Shown: in pieces, positions 54,217 through 62,630 of the stretch
How the letters are laid out: each line of letters starts with the position of its first letter
How positions within the stretch are numbered: the first letter of the stretch is position 1
Virus record (IMG/VR): IMGVR_UViG_3300042860_002533
Location: 1 to 63,793 of that record
Source of the DNA: a virus
Lineage: Duplodnaviria > Caudoviricetes
DNA length: 63,793 nt
Direction: 5' to 3' (one strand)
Translations under genes and position numbers: made by a program
The notes under the pieces: model-generated
Told to the model about the DNA's origin: nothing
The model's input: the letters and a program-made list of their open reading frames with translations, nothing else
The model's database searches: none

Positions 54217-54468
54217 ATGAGCCACCTGAAAACCACCGTCACCCTAGAGACAATCGGCAAGGTCGACGTGTCCACCATCGACCTGTCGGTCAACACCCCG
54301 TTCTGGACAGGCTACGAAACCTGCCTGTTCTGGCGCACCCGCGACTCTGAGGTAGTCGAAACCTACGGGTCGTGGGAGGAAGCCCAGGCCGGTCATGCGC
54401 GGTGGACAGACCCCGCAGTGCTGGCCGAATGGTTCCTCAACAACGTCCGGTTCGACTGGGTTACATGA
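54217..54468 (+). CDS. Hypothetical protein
   Basis: VST..L...YET.LF...Y....EA..GH motif; AAGGA RBS. Confidence 0.75.
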   Translation: MSHLKTTVTLETIGKVDVSTIDLSVNTPFWTGYETCLFWRTRDSEVVETYGSWEEAQAGHARWTDPAVLAEWFLNNVRFDWVT

Positions 54469-54485
54469 CCCACCACATACCGGAT

Positions 54486-54515
54486 TAGACAACTGCTTTA
54501 CAGCTATTGTAAAGT
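54486..54515 (+). promoter_or_regulatory. Promoter with TTACA-N5-TGTAA operator
   Basis: TAGACA-N18-TAAAGT; palindrome at 54498-54512. Confidence 0.7.
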
Positions 54516-54568
54516 TAATTAAGTAAGCGCGGAACACACCGCGACGATTCAGAGACAGGATCAACCAA

Positions 54569-55609
54569 ATGCCACACGAACTTGAGACAGTCAACGGCAC
54601 CACGTTCTTCGCGGACAGCCGCGACGACGCATGGCACCAGTTGGGTCAGAAAGTCGGCCACAACATGACCGCCCAGGAAGTCATGGAGTACGCGCACCTT
54701 GGCGGGTGGAACGTCCGTAAGGCACCGCTCACCGTTGCCGCTGAGGTCGGTGAGGACGGCGTGCATCCGGAGATTGAAGTGCCGGATCAGTTCGCCGTTG
54801 TCCGGACGAATCCCATCACCGCTGCACGCGAGTACCTGGGCGTGGTCGGCTCGGTCTACGACCCGATCCAGAACGAGGCAAACGCGGAGTTCCTGCAACT
54901 CCTGTCCGACGAGTTCGGTGCCCCGTTTGAGACTGGCGGTTCCCTCTACGGTGGCCGCGACGTGTTCATCACGATGAAGCTGCCGCACACAATGGAGATT
55001 CAGGGTCAGGACGGCTACGTCGACAAGACTGAGTACTACCTGGCCGCGCTGAACAACCACACCGGTCAGTCAGCGTTCCGCGTGATCCTTACGCCAATCC
55101 GGATCGTCTGCAAGAACACCCAGCAGGCGGCACTGGCCCAGGCCAAGTCTGTGTGGAAGATTCGCCACACCGAGACTGCCACCCAGCGGGTTGCTGAGGC
55201 ACGCGATTCCCTGCGGATCACCTGGAAGTCGATTGACCTGATCGACGCGGAGTTCCAGCGCATGGCGGAGATTCCCGTCACGCACCGCGAGGCAACTGAG
55301 TTCGCGGAGAAACTGGTCGACCTCGACCGTGTTGATCCGGACGGCTCAGCGGCAACCCGCCGCCGCAATGCGTCGGGGATGATCGTCAACCTGTTCGCTA
55401 ACTCCCCGACCATCACCCCGGTCGGCGGTACCCGGTTCGCGCTCTACAACGCGGTCACCGAGTACGTCGACTGGTACCAGGGAGTGCGCGGCGTTGGCCC
55501 CGACGCAAGCGACAAGGCCAAGCAGGACGCACGCGCCCTGCGGTCGATCCGCGAGTTGGAGTCGTCCTCCACGCTGAAGCAGCAGGCGTTCTCGCTGCTG
55601 CGGGTCTAG
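54569..55609 (+). CDS. DUF932/DUF945-family phage/plasmid protein
   Basis: AWH.LG, LGVVG..Y.PIQN, ETGGSL.GG, TPIRIVC.NT, RHT, YNAVTEY.D. Confidence 0.88.
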   Translation: MPHELETVNGTTFFADSRDDAWHQLGQKVGHNMTAQEVMEYAHLGGWNVRKAPLTVAAEVGEDGVHPEIEVPDQFAVVRTNPITAAREYLGVVGSVYDPIQNEANAEFLQLLSDEFGAPFETGGSLYGGRDVFITMKLPHTMEIQGQDGYVDKTEYYLAALNNHTGQSAFRVILTPIRIVCKNTQQAALAQAKSVWKIRHTETATQRVAEARDSLRITWKSIDLIDAEFQRMAEIPVTHREATEFAEKLVDLDRVDPDGSAATRRRNASGMIVNLFANSPTITPVGGTRFALYNAVTEYVDWYQGVRGVGPDASDKAKQDARALRSIRELESSSTLKQQAFSLLRV

Positions 55610-55623
55610 CACCCAACCCCATC

Positions 55624-55654
55624 GCCCCGTCACCTACCCAGGTGGCGGGGCTTT
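55624..55654 (+). terminator. Intrinsic terminator
   Basis: GCCCCGTCACCT/AGGTGGCGGGGC stem plus TTT. Confidence 0.65.
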
Positions 55655-55693
55655 CGGGGTAAAGGCACCTTTTCTGCCCGAAAGGAAACCATC

Positions 55694-55972
55694 ATGCGCT
55701 CAAGCACCGAGTATCCCATGCTCACCGAATGCCACAACTGCGGCCAAAACTTTGCGGAACACTGCGCCGCCGACGATGCCTGCCCCGCACCCCGATACCG
55801 GGGAATGCACGGCGGCTGGGTAGCAGGGCAGCGGTTCCAAAACCTGTTCGCCACACCGGGCAACGACCCCGACTGCGGGTGCGGTCACGGCTTCTTCGCC
55901 CACGGCTATCTGGGTAAGTCTTGCGAGGAATGCGAAAGCTGCCCCGCATACACCACACCGGACAACACCTAA
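55694..55972 (+). CDS. Cys/His-rich hypothetical protein
   Basis: AAAGGA RBS; multiple Cys motifs. Confidence 0.7.
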   Translation: MRSSTEYPMLTECHNCGQNFAEHCAADDACPAPRYRGMHGGWVAGQRFQNLFATPGNDPDCGCGHGFFAHGYLGKSCEECESCPAYTTPDNT

Positions 55973-56014
55973 ACGTCGCCCTACAGGGCTTCTAGGCACC
56001 ATTACGGAGGACTC

Positions 56015-56254
56015 ATGGACAACCTCACCAGTTACGCGCACTGCTACGCCACCGCGAGCGTCAAGCTGATGGACGCAATCGCCAACCCCACCCAGGCAGC
56101 CTTTGAGGTTGCGCTCAAGTGGGCCGTTCGCGCAAAGGCAAGCAGCTATCAGGTCAAGGGGCTGGGCAGCAGGCTCGGTGACGAGTTCGACCTCGCCAAT
56201 CGGCTCACTGAAGCCGTGTTCGCGGCCGCGCTCTACAACGGCTACCGCATCTAG
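56015..56254 (+). CDS. Hypothetical protein
   Basis: GGAGG RBS. Confidence 0.7.
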   Translation: MDNLTSYAHCYATASVKLMDAIANPTQAAFEVALKWAVRAKASSYQVKGLGSRLGDEFDLANRLTEAVFAAALYNGYRI

Positions 56255-56358
56255 GCTGAGTAGCCAACCCGCCAACCAGGGGTGATACAGGTGGGGCGGA
56301 AGTGGCAGACCGCCCCACCCCACTCACCAAATTCTAATTAATCGCAAGCTGGGCCAAT

Positions 56359-56388
56359 TGGACCCAGCAGTTACAGCCAGTGTAAACT
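56359..56388 (+). promoter_or_regulatory. Promoter with TTACA-N5-TGTAA operator
   Basis: TGGACC-N18-TAAACT; palindrome at 56371-56385. Confidence 0.7.
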
Positions 56389-56421
56389 GGATATAACGCG
56401 CCAGAGACAGGAGCGAACCAC

Positions 56422-56604
56422 ATGATCCGATGCGCCGACCCTTGGAGCCTGTGCGACCGACCCGCACTCGCACGGTTCCGATCAGCAGACAAAGCCCCAG
56501 GCTTCAGCTATACGGTGGAACTCTGCGCCCTCCACCTGAAAGAACACTGCGGCGACTTCGCCCATGAGGGCTTTACCGTAGTCCAGTTAGCATCCAGCGG
56601 ATAG
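56422..56604 (+). CDS. Hypothetical protein
   Basis: AGAGACAGGAG start motif. Confidence 0.7.
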   Translation: MIRCADPWSLCDRPALARFRSADKAPGFSYTVELCALHLKEHCGDFAHEGFTVVQLASSG

Positions 56605-56615
56605 GAGCCGCCAAA

Positions 56616-56909
56616 ATGACTATCAAGAAAATGACAGAGCGAGAAGTATTCCAGCTAGTAGAAGCATCAGACCTGCTGGGCGAGTACGGCTACGAGGACG
56701 AGGCAGACCTCATCGCCCGCATCAGCGAGAACGAACAGATTCTTCTCTACACCCCCAATGCCAGCGCGGAGCAGCGGCAAACCGCACGCATCCACCGGCA
56801 GCGCGACGTAGAGGACGAATCACTCAAGCTCGCAGAGAAGAACCAGGGCAACGGCGAGTATTGCCGCGCACTCTTTGAGCTAGTGACCGCCCTCAACAAC
56901 CGGCAGTAA
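56616..56909 (+). CDS. Hypothetical protein
   Basis: AGGAG RBS. Confidence 0.7.
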   Translation: MTIKKMTEREVFQLVEASDLLGEYGYEDEADLIARISENEQILLYTPNASAEQRQTARIHRQRDVEDESLKLAEKNQGNGEYCRALFELVTALNNRQ

Positions 56910-56995
56910 CCCCACAGACGCAGCCGCCGCGCCAGACCACAAGTTAGGTGCGGCGGCTGCATTCCAACCGGCCGTGACGGGCTACCATCGCCCGT

Positions 56996-57202
56996 ATGCC
57001 CAACAAAGACCCAAACCTTACACAGCTAGAAGAACTCTCCGACGAATACCAAGCCGCCTTAAAGCAGCTAAACAGTATTCGCATTCGGCTAGACGCGCAC
57101 ATACAAGAACTCAAACGGCGCGGATACAGCTACCCCACACTCACAAAACATTCCTGCTTCGCGCAAGGAACAATCCAACTCATCATCGCCAAGGAAGCAT
57201 GA
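56996..57202 (+). CDS. Small HTH-like protein
   Basis: Helical; RRGYSYPTL......GTIQ.I pattern. Confidence 0.6.
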   Translation: MPNKDPNLTQLEELSDEYQAALKQLNSIRIRLDAHIQELKRRGYSYPTLTKHSCFAQGTIQLIIAKEA

Positions 57203-57375
57203 ACGAACTCATCGACCTCGCAACGAAAATCCTCGACCACGCCTGCCCCAACTACGTTGACGGCACCGGCTGGAACCACTACTACATCGAAACCCACTGC
57301 GTTGCATGGCGCGTGACAGCACGCAAACGCGACGGCCAATGGGAAATCGACGCTATCTCAGGGGAGGGCTGCTAA
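57199..57375 (+). CDS. Hypothetical protein
   Basis: ATGA-coupled. Confidence 0.6.
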   Translation: MNELIDLATKILDHACPNYVDGTGWNHYYIETHCVAWRVTARKRDGQWEIDAISGEGC

Positions 57376-57532
57376 TGACCAACAACAGCGACTACCACAA
57401 ACGCAGCGGCTACTACACCCCATTCTGGCGAGATCCCCGGCGCTGGCTGTACTAATTCGCCCGCCAGCTTTACACCCGGCCAGTCAAGCCGCCTTTACAT
57501 AGGTAGAGGCAAGCGAGAGGAGACAGGAACCC

Positions 57533-57787
57533 ATGAGCGAAACCATCACCCTCGACGGTGACCCCATCACCCTCGCCTACGCACTAGCCAACTACATCCG
57601 GCAAGAACAGAAAGGCGAAACCGAATACCTGGAGAAAGGCGACACTGAATACGCCGCCATCTGCACCCGCAACATTAAACGAGCCGCCGAACTGCAAGAA
57701 CAGATCAGCCGCCACCTCGGATACTGCCACTCCGCTGGGCGCTCAGGCTGTTTCGATCCGCTCCCCCACACCATCTGCGAAATATAA
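57533..57787 (+). CDS. Hypothetical protein
   Basis: GGAGACAGG start motif. Confidence 0.7.
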   Translation: MSETITLDGDPITLAYALANYIRQEQKGETEYLEKGDTEYAAICTRNIKRAAELQEQISRHLGYCHSAGRSGCFDPLPHTICEI

Positions 57788-57801
57788 GGAGACAGGAAAC
57801 C

Positions 57802-58224
57802 ATGAGCCAAGAAGCACTACTGCCATGCTTCAAGTGCGGCAAAACCCTAGAGAACGTCACCCCCAACGGGGAGAACCAGCCCTACGCAGGCACCGAGTTC
57901 CGCACAGAGGGCCACTACGGAAGCACCTTCTGGGACTCGTTCGACGGCGAGGAAATCGTCATCAACATCTGCGACCCATGCTTGCACTCACACACCCAGC
58001 GGATCGCCCAACACAAGCGTTACCTGCCGGTGCGCTGCGAGGGCATGACCGGCTTCGGGCGGCAATGGGTCGACCGGCCAATGGTTCCCTACACCGGCAA
58101 CCCCGACAACACCAAAGCCCACGTCAACATCAACGAACTAGGCACCCCAATCAAAGACGTTGAGTGGGTTTCCGACATTGAGGAACTCCGCTTATGGATG
58201 GAGCAGAAGAAATGCTTAAAGTAA
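57802..58224 (+). CDS. Hypothetical protein with CxxC pairs
   Basis: GGAGACAGG start motif; GHYGST.WD, ICD.C. Confidence 0.75.
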   Translation: MSQEALLPCFKCGKTLENVTPNGENQPYAGTEFRTEGHYGSTFWDSFDGEEIVINICDPCLHSHTQRIAQHKRYLPVRCEGMTGFGRQWVDRPMVPYTGNPDNTKAHVNINELGTPIKDVEWVSDIEELRLWMEQKKCLK

Positions 58225-58445
58225 TCGTAATCGCGGCCCTCACAGCCGCTCTCGCGGCCGGAACACCCACAGCCGGGGCCAAACCCTGCCAAGGTGTCTA
58301 CAACCAGTCAGGATGCCAACCGGCACCCTGGCCGGGACAGATGCAAGACACCTGGAACATACCGGGAAGCTACGGCGGATGGGTAAACACACCAATCGCC
58401 TGCAACCCCCGCACCACAAAATGCGAAATGTGGGCACAGCCATAG
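58212..58445 (+). CDS. Small secreted Cys-containing protein
   Basis: Signal-peptide-like MLKVIVIAALTAALAAGTPTAGA. Confidence 0.65.
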   Translation: MLKVIVIAALTAALAAGTPTAGAKPCQGVYNQSGCQPAPWPGQMQDTWNIPGSYGGWVNTPIACNPRTTKCEMWAQP

Positions 58446-58453
58446 GAGCAGAA

Positions 58454-58876
58454 ATGACCAACGCCTACTTCAGCAGCAACAACCCCTACCAACTCGCACT
58501 ACCGGCACCACGCCAACGCCCAACCCCATGCGCGAAAACAACAGACACGCGAGTCACCAAAGAACAACTCGTCAAAGAACTCGCCAAGATGGTTGCGCGG
58601 GCAGACCGCTACGAACAACGCGAAACAACATCGGCCACCGAGGTCGAATCGTTCATGTACTGGTCGGGCTACAAAACCGCGCTCTACGACCTCATCAACA
58701 CCATTGAGGGCGGAACGCACACAGAGAACTACCACGCCGTAGTGGTAGACGCGACCGAATGGCCCCAACTAGAGCAGGTCGTGACCTACGCCGCGAAAGA
58801 AAGCATGAGCATCGAACTCGCGGTCCGCGAGTTAGTCAACATCGCGGTCGACTGGGAAGAAAACCTTGGTGGCTAA
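58454..58876 (+). CDS. Hypothetical protein
   Basis: AGGAG RBS. Confidence 0.7.
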   Translation: MTNAYFSSNNPYQLALPAPRQRPTPCAKTTDTRVTKEQLVKELAKMVARADRYEQRETTSATEVESFMYWSGYKTALYDLINTIEGGTHTENYHAVVVDATEWPQLEQVVTYAAKESMSIELAVRELVNIAVDWEENLGG

Positions 58877-58879
58877 ACA

Positions 58880-58916
58880 CGAAAGCCCCGCTTGCATCGC
58901 AGGCGGGGCTTTTCGT
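58880..58916. terminator. Bidirectional intrinsic terminator
   Basis: AAAGCCCCGC/GCGGGGCTTT stem between convergent operons. Confidence 0.8.
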
Positions 58917-59081
58917 TTACAGAAAGACGCACCCGGCCGCTGTCAGAGACAGGTAGACCAGCGGCCAGGTGCGCCACTCAAATCATACACGGCTAACCCT
59001 TGCAACCACTTCCATGATTGTGGCAATGGGTATTACCGTGCTTCCGATCACACAGGCCGCAATGACATTCGCAGCCAGGGA

Positions 59082-59504
59082 TCACTTCTCTACTTCTTCG
59101 TCCTCATCGACCTCGACCGCCTCGTCAACGGCCACAACCTCATCAACCTCGACAACTTCCTCGTCATCGAACTCATCGACCTCAACCTCGCCAAGACCCT
59201 CGTACTCGACCTCGACCTCAGCCTCAACAGCCGCGTCCGGCACAATCGCGTCAAGCGCATCAGCGATAGCCTGAAGCCCCGACAGATCAACCTGATCCTC
59301 AACACCGGCCCCAACGACCTGAGCCTCAACCTCAGCCAAACGGCCGACGATCTCATCGCGGACCTTAGTCAGTTGGGCCACAACCGCGTCAACAACACTC
59401 TGAACAGCAGACAACACATTTCCTTTCAATAACCAAGCAACACCAACTAACACCACAACGGAGTTAGCCCAAACGAATAACCACAAGCCCCAACCAGGCA
59501 TCAC
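59082..59504 (-). CDS. Protein with N-terminal TM and very acidic E/V/D tail
   Basis: ORF composition; possible internal TTG start behind AAAGGA. Confidence 0.7.
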   Translation of the reverse strand: MMPGWGLWLFVWANSVVVLVGVAWLLKGNVLSAVQSVVDAVVAQLTKVRDEIVGRLAEVEAQVVGAGVEDQVDLSGLQAIADALDAIVPDAAVEAEVEVEYEGLGEVEVDEFDDEEVVEVDEVVAVDEAVEVDEDEEVEK

Positions 59505-59644
59505 TTACACGCCACCGATCCAGCCGCCGCCAACTCATGAATCTGAAGCTGATAACGCTTCCGGAACTCACGCCCACACAACGGGCACATATGCCACTGC
59601 TTAACCGGATTCAGAACCGGACACGTCGAATCCCAAGCGACCAC
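59501..59644 (-). CDS. 47-aa C2H2-like zinc-finger protein
   Basis: Hand translation includes CPLCGREFRKRYQLQIH; overlaps both neighbours. Confidence 0.65.
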   Translation of the reverse strand: MVAWDSTCPVLNPVKQWHMCPLCGREFRKRYQLQIHELAAAGSVACK

Positions 59645-59904
59645 TACTCGTAGCCCCCACGATCGCCGTCCTCGTATTCCTCACCGGAATCCTCAAAAGC
59701 ACGCATCATCTGATAAACCATCGGAGCCAACACAGACGCACGCGCCCACTCAATCAACTCCAAAGCTTTAGCAGGCTCAATCTCACTGCCGTCATTCGAC
59801 TGCGAAACGTCATAAACGTGAATATCGCCGTTAGCATCTAGCGACTGCACGATGCGTAGCTCCGCGATCATTATTTCTTGATCGCTAATCACACCGTCAC
59901 TCAT
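59644..59904 (-). CDS. Acidic hypothetical protein
   Basis: AGGGAG RBS. Confidence 0.7.
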   Translation of the reverse strand: MSDGVISDQEIMIAELRIVQSLDANGDIHVYDVSQSNDGSEIEPAKALELIEWARASVLAPMVYQMMRAFEDSGEEYEDGDRGGYE

Positions 59905-59915
59905 AAAAACTCCCT

Positions 59916-60323
59916 TTAAAACCAGTCGCCCGACGAAACGAACTTCTCCCGAGTCGGCCCATCACCGGCACCCTTAATCTGATTGCAACGCAAATGCGTA
60001 GAACGGAGATTCTTCTTAGAAGTGAGCAAGGGAGAACCGGCCGGAAGCTGCTCAACCGGAACAACGTGGTCGGCAGACGCAGACCAAGGATTCGGCTTCT
60101 TCTGGTGTCGACACTGATCCCCACAAGACGCGGGAATCTCATGGGCGAACTCAACCGTGTAGCCCCTAGTGTCAACCTTGCAGCAGATGGGCTTCAGGGA
60201 TAGATCAATCGCGTCGAAACAGATCGCGCAGATTTGCGACTCCCTAAGAACCTGGCGGCGGGCGCGGAGGTACTGCTTCTCGCGCTGCCCATGCCCCAGC
60301 TTCTTCCTTACGTTTCCCGGCAC
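59916..60323 (-). CDS. HNH endonuclease (terminase-accessory type)
   Basis: CAIC...ID...SADHVVP...NLR..H..CN..KG. Confidence 0.88.
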   Translation of the reverse strand: MPGNVRKKLGHGQREKQYLRARRQVLRESQICAICFDAIDLSLKPICCKVDTRGYTVEFAHEIPASCGDQCRHQKKPNPWSASADHVVPVEQLPAGSPLLTSKKNLRSTHLRCNQIKGAGDGPTREKFVSSGDWF

Positions 60324-60414
60324 TCAAACCCACCAAACTGCTCAAGCTCATCCACAGACAAGCCCGTAAAAACCGCCATATGGTTCGCCATAGCGTCACA
60401 GTCGTAGCAGCGGG

Positions 60415-60660
60415 TCATTTATCGTCCCGGTGGCTTGCATCGCCCGTATAGCGTCCTGTGGCCGCTTTATGCATCAGTTGGCAATACCCTTCGGCCTCAT
60501 CCTTGGACATATAGCGGCCAACGAGTTTCACACACCTTGTCCAATCGCCGGGAGTGTTCCACGCGATCTTGAGCTAAAGGGAGCCGGAACCAGTAAGCCA
60601 GTAACGGCGCAAACGCTCCGCGTTCCCGTCACCTGGGCTTGTATCTTTTCCAGCAGTCAT
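60415..60660 (-). CDS. Phage protein interrupted by in-frame TAG (recoded gene or pseudogene)
   Basis: MTAGKDTSPGDGNAERLRRYWLTGSGSL*LKIAWNTPGDWTRCV...EGYCQLMHKAATG...; TAG at 60574-60576. Confidence 0.7.
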
Positions 60661-60737
60661 ATGGCATCACCCCCAAAATTGAATTAATTCACCTAACTAA
60701 TAAGTGAAGTCAACACAGGCGGCTAACTTCACTTGGG

Positions 60738-61535
60738 TCACACCGGGCGTAAAAGCTCCCTGTTCGCAACAAGCTCTGACTTGGCAGATCGCATCCAACC
60801 ACCACAATCAGTGCAAACCATTCGCTTATACCGCGTTGTAGTTGTGTACGCCCACCCTCGCTGCTGAATACGTTCGCCGCCGCACCGCGCACAACAAACC
60901 AGCGATTCATCACCACTGGCGTGCAAGGGAACATTAAGACCGTCAATCCAGGGCAGCAGCCGCTCAAACAACTGGGCAGTCACCTTGCAGTCCTGACGGC
61001 AATAGCGAACCATCCTTCGCTGGGCGGCATCACGGTCAGGGCTATTCGGATCAAGAATGCTTTTCCAAGTTTTGAAGCCACCTGGATCAGCCTTCAAATC
61101 CAACCCCAACGCTTCACACACATACGCCAACTTGTTTGACGGGAACCGAAAATTCTTCTTCACAACCCGTAGCAAATCTATCGAACGATACGGGCTTGGC
61201 GGCGGCATCCCGGCCCGCGCAAAAGCACCTTTAACGTGTTTGTCGTCAAAGCCGATCTGGTTGTAGCCAACAATGTAGTCAGCCTCATCCATCATTTCCC
61301 AAAGGCACTTCAACATGGAATCGTAGCTGTCCCACGACGCATGGGACTTGATCTTGTTTGAACCAATCTCGGTGGCGGCAAAGCATAGTATGTCTTGCGG
61401 CTCGACAATCTGGCTTATGCCGATCTGCTGGTCGAAAAGACCCCAAGAGTAAACCAAATTGGGGCTTGTCTCAATGTCGTAGCAGATTATCTTAGGGGAC
61501 AAGAGATTAACCTCTTTCCGCTTCCCATTTAGCAA
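60738..61535 (-). CDS. RNase H-like / DnaQ-like 3'-5' exonuclease with C-terminal zinc ribbon
   Basis: YDIET, GYNQIGFD, SIDL, SNKL, YCRQD motifs. Confidence 0.88.
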   Translation of the reverse strand: MLNGKRKEVNLLSPKIICYDIETSPNLVYSWGLFDQQIGISQIVEPQDILCFAATEIGSNKIKSHASWDSYDSMLKCLWEMMDEADYIVGYNQIGFDDKHVKGAFARAGMPPPSPYRSIDLLRVVKKNFRFPSNKLAYVCEALGLDLKADPGGFKTWKSILDPNSPDRDAAQRRMVRYCRQDCKVTAQLFERLLPWIDGLNVPLHASGDESLVCCARCGGERIQQRGWAYTTTTRYKRMVCTDCGGWMRSAKSELVANRELLRPV

Positions 61536-62199
61536 GGTATTGGGCCGCTGACATTGCCCGTTGAGGACTATCGCCTAGATGCCCAATGCCAAGGTTGCAT
61601 CCTGAACACAGAAGCCCGCGAACACACTTTCCGCAACTGCCAACACCAGGGCAGCACTTGTGATCGTGGTCGATTTGTATGCCATTGCCAAAATCAATCG
61701 GAGTTTCACAAATTGCACAGCCGCCCGCTTGGGATCGCAAAATCTCAGCAAATTCTTTTTTAGAGAGTCCGTAGAGATTTTCAGCCCTCCATTTTGACAT
61801 GCGGGCACGATCACACCCTTTGCAGCTTCCGGTGAGCTTGTCCATCGTTCCCTTAACTGAGTAGAAGGAACTCTCGGGTAGCCACTTATGGCAGCTAATG
61901 CACTCTTTCTGCCCCTCAGAGTCGCGCACCATGCAATGACCTTTGGGACGCTTTGGGCGTGGCGGGAGGTTCAATTCTCGACCGTTTAACCAGCGGTCAT
62001 AGTGCATCGCGCACAGGTTGCGAGATAACGTGCGCTTGCCGCAACCGTCGATCCCGCAAAAGTCCGATAGTTTCTTTTCCGGCCCAGTGGAAAGCACAAC
62101 ATTCGGGTCGCCGTGTTGACGCAATCTCGCGTAGTGCTTTCCGCAGAAACCGCGAGATTTATGTTTCCCGTCGCAGTTATCTACTTTGCAAACCCGCAA
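61507..62199 (-). CDS. Endonuclease VII-domain protein with N-terminal zinc-finger repeats
   Basis: YGL...Q.G.CAIC...IDHDH.CC...CVRGLLC..CN.GIG...D. Confidence 0.9.
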   Translation of the reverse strand: MRVCKVDNCDGKHKSRGFCGKHYARLRQHGDPNVVLSTGPEKKLSDFCGIDGCGKRTLSRNLCAMHYDRWLNGRELNLPPRPKRPKGHCMVRDSEGQKECISCHKWLPESSFYSVKGTMDKLTGSCKGCDRARMSKWRAENLYGLSKKEFAEILRSQAGGCAICETPIDFGNGIQIDHDHKCCPGVGSCGKCVRGLLCSGCNLGIGHLGDSPQRAMSAAQYLAKWEAERG

Positions 62200-62255
62200 T
62201 TGTCCCCCTGATCCTTTCGGGGAAAAGTATTCTGCGTTGATAAACCAGTCGCAGC

Positions 62256-62427
62256 CCTGGATTCCCCCACGTTGAAGTCCCAGGCGAGAACTAAGGCCAG
62301 CCGCCGCGCAGCGTTAAGTGAGGAACTGACCGCTCAAACCTGGGACTGCCACGCTACGGACCCAAACCCGACCCCAAAGTGCCGGGGCTAATGGGGAGCG
62401 TGGCAACCCTGAAGTAAAATCCCCAGG
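62256..62427 (-). ncRNA. Candidate structured leader RNA (two abutting 9-bp stems)
   Basis: AGTCCCAGG/CCTGGGACT (62276-62347) and TGCCACGCT/AGCGTGGCA (62347-62405), with an imperfect closing stem. Confidence 0.5.
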
Positions 62428-62516
62428 AATTTTCTTCAAGAATGATGGGCAATGCTGACCTGTCGCCGCTTTTCGCAAATAGCAACAATAGTAGATCGGC
62501 CGGTAACAACAAGCCC

Positions 62517-62547
62517 AAACAAAAACCCGCTCCCATTAGGAGCGGGT
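62517..62547 (-). terminator. Promoter-proximal intrinsic terminator
   Basis: ACCCGCTCC/GGAGCGGGT stem followed by TTTTTGTTT. Confidence 0.75.
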
Positions 62548-62583
62548 GGTAATCTTGAATTGGGCATAAAAGTGCCCACAACC

Positions 62584-62612
62584 AACGTAACACGTTACTT
62601 TAAACAAATCAA
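62584..62612 (-). promoter_or_regulatory. SigA-like promoter
   Basis: TTGATT-N17-TACGTT with palindrome GTAAC-AC-GTTAC overlapping spacer and -10. Confidence 0.6.
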
Positions 62613-62630
62613 GCTAATTCAACGAATTAA

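Noticed and set aside
58969-59274. Ser/Thr-rich plus-strand ORF
   Set aside because: Antisense image of the E/V/D-rich minus-strand gene
60574-60576. Genome-wide amber recoding
   Set aside because: TAG ends several clear genes (e.g. major tail, 28344..29537, DUF932) and I saw no suppressor tRNA
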